This document shows positions 1 through 14,592 of a DNA stretch of 64,000 nt, in pieces (positions within the stretch are counted from its first letter, which is position 1; the number at the start of each line of letters is the position of its first letter). The stretch comes from Octopus vulgaris (Eukaryota), in contig OX597824.1 in assembly GCA_951406725.2 (NCBI GenBank), positions 82,646,001 through 82,710,000 of the forward strand. Direction: 5' to 3'. Below the pieces are notes generated by a model. It saw only the letters and a list, made by a program, of their open reading frames with translations. It ran no database searches and was not told where the DNA came from. The translations under genes and the position numbers were made by a program.

Positions 1-319
1 AGAGCCGTATAACACACGTACAAGACAAATAAAAGGTTATTTTGCTGACAGGGCGCTAACAATAATAACATTGTATATTGTCCCCCTCCCCAATATCGCT
101 TGACAACCGATGTTGGTGTGTTGTGACTTGACGCAGGTTCGTTAGAGATAGACAGACAGACAGACCGACAGACAAAGAATAGATGGGGTCGAAGCTCGAC
201 TAAAGGCGGTGAAGCAGACTGGAAGAAGCTACAGTAAAAGAATAAAAGAATAATATTGATAGATAGCCAATTAGAAATTGATCAAATCCTTCAGAAGTGG
301 ATGGCAGACAGGAGTGGTA

Positions 320-680
320 GAAGAAGAAGACTTGAAAGAAGAAGAAGTGGTAGAAGAAAGAAAAGAAGAAGATAAAGAAGAAGAAGAAGAAGAAGAAGAA
401 GAAGAAGAAGAAGAAGAAGAAGAAGAAGAAGAAGAAGAAGAAGAAGAAGAAGAAGAAGAAGAAGAAGAAGAAATGAAGAAGAAGAAGAAGAAGAAGAAGA
501 AAAAATGAAGAAGAAGAAGAAGGAGAAGAAGAAGAAGAAGAAGAAGAAGAAGAAAGAAGAAGAAGAAGAAGAAGAAGAAGAAGAAGAAGAAGAAGAAGAA
601 GAAGAAGAAGAAGAAGAAGAAGAAGAAGAAGAAGAAGAAGAAGAAGAAGAAGAAGAAGAAGAAGAAGAAGAAGAAGAAGA
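320..680. repeat. (GAA)n microsatellite
   Basis: Near-pure GAA run; the poly-E/poly-K ORFs here are artefacts. Confidence 0.95.
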
Positions 681-1685
681 ACGGTGTTACTTCTTGTTTC
701 CCTTTACTTGTTAATTAGAAGTCTTTCTCTGTCCTCTAGTCTCTCTCTAGATTAGATTTTGTCGAGTTTTACATAATTTGCGTCTAGTTGCGACGACGGG
801 GGGGGGGGGGGGTATCTCATTTATCATTTTTCTGCGTGCGTCGATTTTTAGAATAAAAAAAGAAAACAAATCAGTTTTGAAAATATCTTCTTTTAGCCGA
901 GTTTCAAAACAAAAGGTTAACCAGACACTCCCCTACAACAAACAAGAAACATTTCCACAGATTAGCAGACGAGATTTCCAGTAAAGATTATCAAGGAAAA
1001 TATAAACATTTACTTTTAAAATAATGAGGTATAAATTTTCACATATTATTGACAACCATTTTTTTTTTAAATTTACTAAAGCATTAGTAAATATGATACA
1101 TTGATCTTTGATTCAATTCTTTGCCCTTTTCTTCTCTATTATAGCTAATATTAATATTCCGAAAAGTCTGCCCGTATTTTTCACATTCTTTAATAAATAT
1201 AATATTATTTACTAATTCTTTAGAAGTAAATAAAGAAAATTTGACTGTCTATAATAGAAAGCGCCTGTATGATTTATGTACCTGGTGTTTTAAGCATTTA
1301 GAAGTTGGTGCGTGACTCTGACCCTGGTAAATGTGTTTCCCTGGTTCTAAATGAGTCAGGTATAACAGCGGAAAGAAATACAAGGACGAGAGTTGTAATT
1401 GACTGCCACACTTTATTCAAACGCCTAATGAAAGGTACAGCAAAGTTGGTACAAAAAAAAAAAAAAACAACACACACACAAATAAAACAACAACACAAAA
1501 AAAAAAAAAAAAAATCCAAAAAAACACCCACACAAAGACAAAAAAACAAACACAAGAAGAACAAACAAACATCCCGCGCTAAAAAGAAACAAAAAAACTA
1601 AGACAACAACACACAAAACACATAAAAACACACAACACAAATAACAACACACACTACAAACACAAAAAAGAAAACACAACACACA

Positions 1686-1723
<38 letters not shown>

Positions 1724-1789
1724 CACACACACATATACACACACAGATACACACACAGAGACACAGACACAGACAGACACAGACAGACA

Positions 1790-3350
<1,561 letters not shown>

Positions 3351-3402
3351 ATGTGTGCGTACGTATGTATGTGCGTATGCGTGTCCATAAGCAACCACTC
3401 AC

Positions 3403-3440
3403 CTGCAGACAGAAGCCACAAAAGTTGTTCAGAGTCTATC
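3403..3440 (-). other. Candidate 38-nt internal exon
   Basis: Minus strand reads tcctctcccctcactccacAG|gatagactct...tctgcag|GTgagt: pyrimidine tract, acceptor and consensus donor; one open frame ([12 protein letters not shown]). Confidence 0.35.
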
Positions 3441-3639
3441 CTGTGGAGTGAGGGGAGAGGAGGCGATGACTGCAAGAGTAGTGATAGGTTGGAAGGGAGA
3501 GGGGGGCAACAATTAATGATTGAAGAAGCGTAAAGTGGATAGTAACATGAGATCCAAACCAACATGAATGCCAAATATTTACGTATTGCCTGTATTAATT
3601 TCTGAATTATACAACTGAATTATATAATTTATACTATTA

Positions 3640-3874
3640 GATCGCCTGGAAAAAGTTTTGAGCGTTTTTCAATATACAAAAAGAGATATACTTCAAAAAC
3701 CGTACTTTTAGAAACTTCCTACTCCTGTGCAGGTTCTCTAGTTGTGATGCTTAAGTTTTCATCGATTTTTGCCTTCAAAACATTTTCATCCAATTTTGAA
3801 GGTCTTCCACTGTGATTGTCCATCTTCCAAGCTAAACTCTCCAGCTTAAATTTTGCAAACCACCTTCGAACAGT
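3640..3874 (-). mobile_element. Degenerate mariner transposase N-terminal (HTH) fragment
   Basis: Minus-strand translation TVRRWFAKFK...SGRPSKLDENVLKAKIDENLSITTRE.AQE, a mariner HTH/GRP-linker pattern; truncated by the adjacent SINE. Confidence 0.75.
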
Positions 3875-4278
3875 TACTCTTTTACTCTTTTACTTGTTTC
3901 AGTCATTTGACTGCGGCCATGCTGGAGCACCGCCTTTAGTCGAGCAAATCGACCCCAGGACTTATTCTTTGTAAGACCAGTACTTATTCTATCGGTCTCT
4001 TTTGCCGAACCGCTAAGTGACGGGGACGTAAACACACCAGCATCGGTTGTCAAGCAATGCTAGGGGGACAAACACACATACACAAACACACACACATACA
4101 CATATACATATATACGACATGCTTCTTTCAGTTTCCGTCTATCAAATCCACTCACAAGGCATTGGTCGGCCCAGGGCTATAGCAGAAGACACTTGCCCAA
4201 GATGCCACGCAGTGGGACTGAACCCGGAACCATGTGGTTGGTTAGCAAGCTACTTACCACACAGCCACTCCTGCGCCT
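3875..4278 (-). mobile_element. tRNA-derived SINE family A, full length
   Basis: Head aggcgcaggagtggctgtgtggtaag...ggttcagtccc (A/B boxes), internal CA tract, (GAGTAAAA) tail; many copies in the window. Confidence 0.9.
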
Positions 4279-4344
4279 ATGGGCATGTAAAATAATTTAT
4301 TATTTATTTGTTATACACTAAAATAAATTGCTTTGATATATACC

Positions 4345-4493
4345 TTAATCTCTCACCATATCGAGGTTCACCTATCGCAGTTTATTAAGCATATGTTGAT
4401 TCCTCTGTGGTACTGTATTGCATTTATAATGAAATAAAGATATACAAATTATAAGAATAGTTTTTAAAAATTATACAATACAGTACTGTTTCT
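4345..4493. mobile_element. pogo/Tigger-like MITE, partial
   Basis: Homologous to 12566-12787 (ggttcacctatc, attcctctgtgg, gcatttataat). Confidence 0.6.
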
Positions 4494-4654
4494 ACGACGA
4501 GCTTCTTTCAGTTTCTGTCTAGCAAATCCACTCACGAGGCTTTGATTGACGCGAGGCTATAGTAGAGGACACTTGTCCAAAGTGCCGCGCAGTGGGACTG
4601 AATCCAGAACTATATGGTTGGTAAGCAAACTACTTACCACACAGCCACTCCTGC
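4494..4654 (-). mobile_element. SINE family A, 5' half
   Basis: Aligns to about 4115-4275. Confidence 0.85.
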
Positions 4655-5023
4655 TGAATAGATAGTATAAGCGATAATTTTTTTTTTTTTTTAATAAATA
4701 AAGGAAGGAATATAAAGGAAAAAGAAGTAGTTTAAATAATGTTTTTCGTGGGACCTTTTGTTGAACCGTCATGCATGTGCGGTTAGAAAGTTTTATGTAA
4801 AATTTATGGTGCATGGTAACCGAAATACAAAAAGCGAAAAAAAAAAAAGACAAACGAACTATTTTTAACCTAACAAATAATAGATATAAATGTTATAAAT
4901 AGATTTATTTATAAACAAATTAAGTAAGTTCAAAATGTCTGCCTTGTTGCCATATGGCTCGGGATTGTATCGTTCCCGCTGTTTGGTATTTTGGTCGGGT
5001 GTCTTCTATTGTATCCTTTGAGG

Positions 5024-5291
5024 CAGGGGGGTTCTCAACTATTTTTTTATTTATTTATAGACCCACTTTGGTTGCTATTTTGCTGGGCTGGACCTTCATT
5101 GTCATTCGATGTTTTAAAAAATTCTATTATATTTATACAAATAGATATTTTTTAGAAATTGTATACAAAGAAAATTGTTAAAATATTTTGTTTATTGTAG
5201 ACATATAACCGATTTACTGGATATAAATTTTAGCAATAAATTCTCATGTGCCCCCTTCCAAGGTCATATGGACCCCGGTTGAGCACTACTG
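5024..5291. mobile_element. hAT (Charlie-like) MITE
   Basis: Imperfect TIRs caggggggttctcaac ... gttgagcactactg; TSD not clear. Confidence 0.6.
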
Positions 5292-5402
5292 CCCTTAAGT
5301 ATTGCATGTGAAATCTGGTACATAGAAATTGTGTGAGCACTCTTTGCATATACATACATACGTGTGTACATACATACATAAAACAGGAACCTTATACATA
5401 TA

Positions 5403-5635
5403 TATTTCTTTACTGCCCCCAAGGTGCTAAACATAGAGGGGACAAACAAGGACAGACAAAGGGATTAAGTCGATTACATCGACCCCAATGCGAAACTGGT
5501 ACTTTATTTATCGACCCCGAAAGGATGAAAGGCAAAGTAGACCTCGGCGGAATTTGAACTCACAACGTAACGGCAGACGAAATACCGCTAAGCATTTCGC
5601 CCGGCGTGCTAACGTTTCTTTCAGCTCGCCGCCTT
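5403..5635 (-). mobile_element. tRNA-derived SINE family B
   Basis: Family consensus aaggcggcgagctggcagaaacg...gagttcaaattcc...gcctttcatcctttcggggtcgataaa; the central block resembles the Meta/MESC SINE domain (recalled, unverified). Confidence 0.88.
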
Positions 5636-5658
5636 ACATATATATATTTATTTTTTTC

Positions 5659-5948
5659 CCGACCAGGCTATCAGATGTTGTTACACATCGCTGATCACAA
5701 TGCGCTTCGCATTGTTTTAGCCTTCAAATGACGCCACACCGCTGGCTAAGCGAGCAGGCTACCAGAAGAAAGAGTGAGAGAAAGTTGTGGCGAAAGAGTA
5801 CAGCAGGGATCGCCACCACCCCCTGCTGAGCCTCGTGGAGCTTTAGGTGCTTTCGCTCAATAAACACTCACAACGCCCGGTCTGGGAATCGAAACCGCGA
5901 TCCTACGACCGTGAGTCCGCTGCCCTAACCACTAGGCCATTGCGCCTC

Positions 5949-5949
<1 letters not shown>
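5659..5949 (-). mobile_element. SINE, head H1 plus tail T3
   Basis: tRNA-like head ggaggcgcaatggcctagtggttagggcagcggactc; the tail also occurs alone at 23937-24057. Confidence 0.85.
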
Positions 5950-6005
<56 letters not shown>

Positions 6006-6030
6006 CAAAATTGCATAGAAGGTCTTGAAA

Positions 6031-6076
6031 CCACCTGATGAATGTCCATAGAAGTGACAAGAAACGATCGTAGCGG
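6031..6076 (+). ncRNA. Type I hammerhead ribozyme motif in a Penelope-like terminal-repeat fragment
   Basis: ccac-CTGATGA-a-tgtc..gaca-a-GAAAC-gatc-GTA-gcgg; palindromic stem III ACGATCGT; fragment flanked by TA tracts. Confidence 0.7.
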
Positions 6077-6169
6077 ATATCTTAATTATATTTAATTTAT
6101 ATAAAATTTTTTATGTATTGGATTAAGTCTTTCTTTGTTTGATTTGCATAATAGTGGTTTTGTCTCTAA

Positions 6170-6216
<47 letters not shown>

Positions 6217-6220
6217 AAGA

Positions 6221-6536
6221 CTCCGCCGGTTACGACGACGAGGGTCCCAGCTGATACGATCAACGGAACAGCTTGCTCGTGAAATTAACGTGCAAATGGC
6301 TGAGCATTCCACAGACACGTGTACCCTTAACGTAGTTCTCGGGGATAATCAGCGTGACACAGAGAGTGACAAGGCTGACCCTTTGAAATACAAGTACAAC
6401 TCATTTTTGCCAGCTGAGAGGACTGAGCAACGTGAAATAAAGTGTCTTGCTCAAGGACACAACGCGTCGCCGGGAATCGAACTCACAACCTTACGATCAT
6501 GAGCCGAATGCCCTAACCACTAAGCCACGCGCCCTC
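6221..6536 (-). mobile_element. SINE, head H2 plus tail T1
   Basis: Different tRNA head (gcgtggcttagtggttagggcattcggctcatgatc) joined to the same tail as family C. Confidence 0.85.
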
Positions 6537-7316
6537 AATATATATATATATATTGTTTATTAAACACAGTATATGTTTTTTGAGCTATTAATAGTATCAT
6601 GCTATGCAAACGACTCAAACAGCATTTTATAACGTATCTGGTGACTTCACGCAATCTTCGGGCTTTGTCCACATGGCATATACAGGCTAAAAGATATATA
6701 TATATATAGAATTTAGGGTATCTAAGAGATACCACCACGCTGGAAATAGCACCCAAAAACTTGAATCTAAAACCACATTAAATGTTCATACAGAGATCGA
6801 CAATGTGACGCGACGCAGTTGCCTCCTCTGATAATTTTGCGATTGTTGCTGGTGGTGGTGGTGGTGGTGGTGGTGGTGGTGGTGGTGGTGGTGGTTTTGG
6901 TGGTGGTGGTGGTGGTGGTGGTGGTGGTGGTGGTGGTGGTGGTGGTGGTGGTGGTGATGGTGGCGGTGGCGGTGGTGGTGGTCGTCGTGGTGGTCTTGGT
7001 GGTGGTTTGAAACTGTCGCGTTTTCATTTTCATCGGTTTCTAATTGTTACACAATGAGAGAGAGAGAATGTGTGTGCGTGTGTGTATGCGTGCGCGTAAG
7101 CATGTATGTGTGTGTGTAAGAGAGAGGGGGGAGAGAGAGAGAGAGAAAAAGAGAGTGACAGACAACCAGACAGACAGACATGTGCAGAGAGAGGGATTTC
7201 ACAAGAAAAGGAATATGTGCTTGATAGAGAGAGAGGGAGAGACAGATAGAGACAGTGATGAGATAGTGAGGGAGAGAGGGGGAGAAATCATGTTTGTAAT
7301 AGAGACAGAGAATTAC

Positions 7317-7470
7317 ACCTGAGAGACAGAAAGAAAGATACAGAGAGAGAGAGAGACCTGAGAGACAGAAAGAAAGATACAGAGAGAGAGAGAGACCTGA
7401 GAGACAAAAAGAAAGATACAGAGAGAGAGAGAGACCTGAGAGACAAAAAGAAAGATACAAAGAGAGACAG
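7317..7470. repeat. 39-bp minisatellite, 4 copies
   Basis: acctgagagacagaaagaaagatacagagagagagagag starting at 7317, 7356, 7395, 7434. Confidence 0.9.
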
Positions 7471-8379
7471 GGGACGTAACAGAGCGAGAGGAGCAAAGAG
7501 AGAGGGGCAGAGTAATACGAGAAAAGAATATGCGTGGTACAGTGACAGAGAGGGAGAGAGAGAGAAATACATATTTAGAGAGGGTGGGAGTTAAAGAATG
7601 ACACAGAGAGAGAGAGAGAGAGGAAGAGTGGGGAGAGAGAAGTGATTAGAGACGCTCTATATAGCATGTTCCAATGTAACCATGCGAAAGGTAGGCAATA
7701 ACCGAGGACACAAATAGAGAGACTTAGACAAGTAAACACACATACATACACACAGATACACATAGATACACACATACACACACATACAGACACGCATGCA
7801 TACACAGAGAGAACAACGTCACCTTCACGTCTCTCTCCCCCCACTCGCTTTCGCTGTCGCTCTTTCTCTCTCTGTCTCTCTCTCTCTGTCTCTCTCTCTC
7901 TCTCTCTCCAGTCTTCCATTCTGTCTTCTCTCTCCTTCTCGCCTCTTCTCTTATCTTTTCTCTTTCCTCTGCCTCTTCCTCTCACACTCTCTTTCTCTCT
8001 GTCAGTCTCTCTATCTTTACCTCTTTTCTTTTTCATCCGGGGTGCGTTTTGCTCGTATATATATATATATATATATATATAAATGGCGGGCGATTTCGTC
8101 GGAGACCACGCATGACCGTTCAGCTTTGGTCGAACGACACGCATAAATGATTTTTTTATAGTGATCAAATGCTCGTGCCGCACATTAGCTCACTCTCACC
8201 TTCAAGTCGAACAGGTGCATGGTGTACCACGCGTCAGGTGTCGAAGTGATAGCAGAACAACGTGAAATTAAGTGTTTTGCTCAAAAACATGATGCACCAC
8301 CCGGCCTTGGAATTGAAATCAAGATCGCAAGCTCGCGAGTGCAACACATTATCCACAAGGCCACGAGCCAGATATATAC

Positions 8380-8446
<67 letters not shown>

Positions 8447-8459
8447 CGCTAATAACGAA

Positions 8460-8833
8460 TCTATATATATAAAGCTGAAGTTGTCTGTGTATGGCAGGTT
8501 TGGTAGCCTTCAACAAACACTATCTCCTCTGAGACCCTTCGGCGCAAGTTGACCAAAATTGAGAGTATGTTAGAAGAAGGCTTGGTCAAATCGGACCATG
8601 TTAACACCAAAAATTATTTACATCAAAAAGGTGCTTTTTTTTTCTATGAAAATCCCTATTTTTTACGACTTTTTGACTGCTGTGTCGCCATTTTTCAGTG
8701 TATTTCAACCAGAAAAATGTTCACTTAAAGAGAATAATAAGCTACATAATGCAAAATTTTTACTTTTCAAAAATTTCAATTCTAAAGGGTCGAAAAGAAA
8801 ACAAACCCGAGCAACGCCGGGCGATACTGCTAG
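8460..8833 (+). mobile_element. Non-autonomous Helitron
   Basis: 5' TC, 3' CTAG, inserted between A and T, subterminal hairpin cccgagcaacgccggg, no TSD. Confidence 0.88.
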
Positions 8834-9177
8834 TTTAGAAATAAAATAAAACAGCAGACGGCAAGTGTAACGAGAAGTGTAATGTGAACAGTAGTTAATT
8901 TTTAAGGTTTGCCATAATTCTGAGGTCGCAAGTTCAAACCAGCTTCGGGTGCGACAGGAGCACTTAACCCAGCTGAACCAGCAATCTGGAAATGGGTGAC
9001 AGTTCTTGCGGGTAACATGAGTCGGGTTTCATGCCCTCCCGGAGGAGGCAGCATTGAAACCATTTCAATGAACGCGTTGCTAAGACGTTCATTGTAGACA
9101 TTTCGTTTGGATGGTTGCCAGCAGTTGTTTTTGATTTAATAACACGTTTAAATAGCAGCATCAGCATAGTCATATGC

Positions 9178-9248
<71 letters not shown>

Positions 9249-9261
9249 CATATATATGTAT

Positions 9262-9299
<38 letters not shown>

Positions 9300-9368
9300 A
9301 GAAAGAGAGAGAGAGCGAGAGAGAGATGCGTAACTCACAGAGACGCATTCACAATGTACTTACACGCA

Positions 9369-9452
<84 letters not shown>

Positions 9453-9489
9453 CATACACACACACAAAACATGTGTATATCTGTGAATT

Positions 9490-9529
<40 letters not shown>

Positions 9530-9673
9530 TACATACATATATATATGTGTGTGTATATACATGTATATATATATATATAAACATACATGCATACACTCAC
9601 GCAAACAAATATTACACCGAAAATAAATTTTCGTAAAAGCGTAGATTAAACAGAGTAAATTTAGTAAATTATA

Positions 9674-9739
<66 letters not shown>

Positions 9740-10126
9740 GTTTAAATATTTTATGTGCAAGATTTTTTATGTGAAGTCGTGTGTTCAAACAGATATTGTT
9801 GTATTTAGGAATGGTCATTTTGCCAGTTTATATATAAACCTAAGGAGAAAATTGTGTGTGTGCGTGTATGTTTGTGCGTATGTGTGCGTGTGTGTGTGTG
9901 GTGTGCGTGTGTGTGTGTGTGTGCGGGCGTGTAAATAAATATATATATACGTGTTAGTGCGTACAAACACGAGAAAAATGTGGTCTGTACGAAAAATAAT
10001 GTAATATAATATTTTAGTAAAGGCTGTAACTTACTTCTCAGATATGTCTGTATATCTGTGTAAGTGTTGCTATACATATGTGAGTGTACGTATGAACACA
10101 ACACACACTCACACACACACACACAT

Positions 10127-10158
<32 letters not shown>

Positions 10159-11569
10159 TGTTCTCTTTACAACGGCAACAAGTTCAACAGTCAAGAAGAA
10201 AGCCTCTACTTAACTGCTAATCTTTTAGAAATAGAAACCAAATCTCTGTTAAATCATACATTACCTGTAATCGAAAAGACAGGATAGTCACGACTAGACT
10301 GCCTTTAGTGATAATACTAGTGGAGCAGAGATATTCTGAGACTAGATAACAACAGCAGCAACGAAAACGGAAAACAATTTACTGATTACTGTTGAAACAT
10401 TTTCTTTGCATGACTACATTGGCCTGGATCGAGTACGGTGGCATTGTTCTTTCAGAAACCCTTGGTTTGAAAGATGGCAAGTCAGTTGTACTGACTATAC
10501 GCAGTAGCAATGGCGGTAGGGGTGAAGCTCTATTAGCTCCGACTGGGACAGGATGGTCGGATTTCGTTAAGCGTCTTAAGTTTTTTATGGGAAAATCTCG
10601 GTTGTTAGAACTTGTGAGCGACTGAAATGGCATATTAGACGCACGCTGAGATTGTATGACGTTAGTCGATAGAACGTGGAGTATAAAGGCCTCGCAAATC
10701 ATGCAGTTTAAACAATTTAAAAGTTACCAACTTGGTTTCTCGTTTGTGCTAGTGCGGACGTAAACAATATGTCGAGAGGTGTTCACAATGTATCTAGAGA
10801 GAATACCTGTTAGATCAGTGGATAGAGATAGGCATAGCTTGTCCATAATACTGATTAGTCGGTTACCCACACTACACATTTGAAATTTGCGCGTTCAACC
10901 TAGATTGATCCTAATAGCGGCCTGGTTGCAGCAATCTGAATTGGATCGAAAATACTACGGCGACAGGATTGGCAAAATTGTTTGATAGGAGTTGACCACA
11001 ATATCGTCAGCGACCGGTGATGAGTCTCTCTGAAAAGAGCAATTCAAATAGAATCGACGTCAACTTTGTCTTTCGTTTTTCTTAAGGTACGGTGATTAAA
11101 TAAAGGACTAATCAAGTCTTAAGCACTAATCGGTTTCTTTTGAGCGCGTGTGCTCAGAATCGGATATATTGTACCCGTAGAGAGAGTCGTGGGGGACCTA
11201 ACTAACACTGTCCCATTCTCCAGGAGTAGAGCTGAATTGTGTACAGAACCAACAAACCCTTTTTCATAGAAAAACCTTAGCGAAGACGGGCTGATGTGCA
11301 GTATAGTACGTATCTTTAATCTTCTATTTTCCGTTTGTTTCCATCATTCGACGGAGGCCATGCTGGAGCACTACCTTCAACTGAACAATCGACCCCAATA
11401 CTTAGACTATTAAGCCTGGTACTTATTCTACCTGTTTCTTTTTACCGAACTGCTAATATTACGGGGACGGAAATAAATCAACAGCGGCTTTCAAGCGGCT
11501 GTGAGGAACAAACACATACTCACACATATATAGATATATACATACTTACATACACATACATGTATATCA

Positions 11570-11745
11570 ATTATGGTTCAAATTTACAGAAAACAAAAGA
11601 GAAAGACAGGTGAGGGAACAAGGTGTATTTGTTTGACGCTTGGGAAGAATAGAAAAGTCTTTGACGTTTCGAGCCTACGTTCTTTGAAACAAAGAGATGA
11701 AAGATAAAATAAAATGGAGAGAGAAAAAATGTGTCGCAATTCACA
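11570..11745 (-). mobile_element. Penelope-like terminal-repeat fragment (family P1)
   Basis: Reverse complement of the (gaagagc)gtaggctcgaaacgt motif shared with 12320, 23222, 47725. Confidence 0.6.
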
Positions 11746-11808
11746 TCTGTGTGTATATGTGTATGTGTGTGTATCTATCTATCTACCTATATATTTATAT
11801 ATACATAT

Positions 11809-12062
11809 AATTAACAGAAGGAGACAAAAATCCAAGGCTGTGAAAGATTTCAGAACATTTATAAAGAGAAGGTCTTACAGCTGTTTCCGGGATATTTTAT
11901 ATATCCCTTCATCGGAGACGGTGCGAGAAAATGGTTAAGCAATCTCGCACCGTCTCCGATGAAGGGATATATAAAATGTTCCGGAAACAGCTGTAAGACC
12001 TTCTCTTTATAAATGTTCTGAAATCTTTCACAGCCTTGGATTTTTGTCTCCTTCTGTTAATT
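11809..12062. repeat. 120-bp-arm palindrome (inverted Penelope-like terminal repeat) with a hammerhead motif in each arm
   Basis: Arms 11809-11928 and 11943-12062, 2 mismatches, 14-nt spacer; gtct-CCGATGA-a-gggatat..atgttcc-g-GAAAC-agct-GTA-agac at 11952-11999. Confidence 0.9.
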
Positions 12063-12236
12063 TTTTATATATACGCATGCTAATATATGACCTACGTTGG
12101 ACTCCCCGTTCCCATCATCACCGAACCTGCAGCTTAATTATAGTCTGTCCATAGCATTTACTCAGCATTACCTGACACCTTTGGGTCTTCTCAACACCAT
12201 TACCTCTCATAACCTCAATAGATAGATAGATAGATC

Positions 12237-12319
<83 letters not shown>

Positions 12320-12321
<2 letters not shown>

Positions 12322-12458
12322 CCACTAAGCCATTTTAATTTTCTCTCCGTTTATTTCTGTGTTCCTTTCTTTCGAAGAGCGTAGATTCGAAACGTAATAG
12401 ACTTTCTTATTTCCCGAGCGTTAAACTGATACATGTGTTTGTTGTTTACAGACACGTC

Positions 12459-12460
<2 letters not shown>
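12320..12460 (+). mobile_element. Penelope-like terminal-repeat fragment (family P1)
   Basis: gaagagcgtagattcgaaacgta motif; ends in a TA tract. Confidence 0.6.
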
Positions 12461-12548
<88 letters not shown>

Positions 12549-12565
12549 TACATATATATTTTAAT

Positions 12566-12787
12566 TAATCCCACGCCATATTGCGGTTCACCTATCACGC
12601 TTTATCATTTAAGCTTACATCAATTCCTCTGTGGTGTTGTTTTGCATTTATAATAAAATAAATATATACAAATTATAAAAAATAATAAAACAAATATATA
12701 TAGTACAGTATAGTTTTTACTTCGCGGATTTTCACCTATCGCGGTGTGTTTTGGAACATGACACCCGCGATAGTCGAGGGATTGCTG
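12566..12787. mobile_element. pogo/Tigger-like MITE
   Basis: Imperfect TIRs taatcccacgccatattgcgg ... ccgcgatagtcgagggattgctg. Confidence 0.7.
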
Positions 12788-13006
12788 CATATATGTGTGT
12801 GTGTGTGTGTGTGTGTGCACGCGTCGAGCTTCCACATAGTTTCCGTCTTTCAAATTCTCTCACAAGGCATCGGCCCCTGAGGCTATAATAGAAATTACAT
12901 GCCCAAGGTGCTGCACAGTTGAATTGAATCCGAGACCACGAGGTTGCATAGTGAGTTTCTTAACAACACAGCCATGAAAATTGATAAAATACATACTTCA
13001 CTATCG

Positions 13007-13071
<65 letters not shown>

Positions 13072-13449
13072 GATATATTTGAATATGCAATGTTGTTGTT
13101 TTTGTTCTTGTTGTTGTTTGTTTTTGTTGTTATTGTTGCTTAAACCAAGGTCAGCTCAAATTCCATAGACACATGATAAGCGACATCCTTACTTCTATCT
13201 TCTCGTTTTTTATTCCCAGACACAGTGTATCTAGGGTTACATTAGTCAATGAGTTCTTACTTTTCAATGTGATTTGACTGAGATTTAGCTGCTATTTCTA
13301 GTGGATTGAGAGTCTACATAACGGTTCGAGCGTTCGCTCATGGATAAGCATCGTCTTATTTACTTGTTTCAGACATTTGACTGCGGTCATGCTGGGGCAC
13401 CACCTTGAAGATTTTAGTCGACCCCAGTACAATTTTTTTAAAGCCTGGT

Positions 13450-13937
13450 CATCATCATCATTGTTCGACCGTGGTCGAGACAATGGAATCCGCCATGCTA
13501 CGCCAGACCTCACGGTCCATCATGGCATTACGGAGGTCCTGTTGCTGGATGCCTGTATCCCTGGAGATTACATCAGGATAGGAAAGTGTGCGCCCTCTGG
13601 TATTGCGAGTAGATGGCTTCCAGAGGAGAAGAGCAGAAATTACTTCTTTTTCAGCTCTACAACAATGTCCAGCAAACTGGACTCTCCTACCTTTCACAAG
13701 AGATGACACAGGTGGTAGTTTCCCATATATTTGCATTTTGGTTGGATGGCGTTTCCACGAGAGATTTTGAGCTCTCATAAGTAGGCGAGTGTAGGTTCCA
13801 TCCAACCGTCTCTCAAGCTTCTTTGATAACGTCCAGGTTTCTGAGCCATATAGTAGAATTGGTTCGACTGTGGCTTTGAATATTTCAAGTTTGAAGTCTC
13901 TACTTAGATTTGATGACCAGATCTTATGCATGTCATT
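13450..13937 (-). mobile_element. 5'-truncated RTE-clade LINE (ORF C-terminus plus TGA-repeat tail), inserted into a SINE A
   Basis: ORF 13458-13931 with LLYGSETWTL...FAGHC...DREVWR, typical of the RTE C-terminus; TSD agcctggt at 13442-13449 and 13938-13945. Confidence 0.92.
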
Positions 13938-14151
13938 AGCCTGGTACTCATTCTATCTAAAGTCACGGAGACGCAAACAAAGCAACACCGGTTGTTATCA
14001 TGTGGCGGTAGTGGACAAGCGCTTACACAAAAAACACATACACGCATATATATACAAACATGGGCTTGTGTCTCCTACTATAGCCCCATACCGTCCATAG
14101 ACTTTTGAGTGAATTTGGTAGACGGAAACTGTGAGGAATCCTATCAGGTGT

Positions 14152-14194
<43 letters not shown>

Positions 14195-14210
14195 CACATA
14201 TGTGTTGTTT

Positions 14211-14505
14211 GTTCCTTCTCGAGTCACGCCTGGCTCATAAGGGCCGGTTTCCTGGTTTTCTTGGCGTATAGGTTCCGCACCTGGACGGGACGCCGGTCCG
14301 TCGCAGGTGAGCTGCAAGATGCAGGAGGAAAGAGCGAAAGAAAGTTGTGGCGAAAGAGTCAGCAGAAGTTCGCCATTACCTTCCGCCGGAGCCGCGTGGA
14401 GCTTAGGTGTTTCACTCATAAATGCACACATCGCCCGGTCTGAGATTCGAACCCGCAATCCCTCGACCGCGAGTCCGCTGCTCTAACCACTAGGCCATGT
14501 GCCTC
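14211..14505 (-). mobile_element. SINE, head H1 plus tail T2 (V-domain-like)
   Basis: H1 head and body followed by cctgcgacggaccggcgtcccgtccagg...ggaaaccggccc. Confidence 0.8.
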
Positions 14506-14539
14506 TACATATATATATGTGTGTGTGTGTGTGTGTATA

Positions 14540-14589
<50 letters not shown>

Positions 14590-14592
<3 letters not shown>

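Noticed and set aside
1453-1700. Lys/Gln/Thr-rich ORF tail
   Set aside because: Irregular A/CA-rich run resembling degraded or low-quality (CA)n sequence
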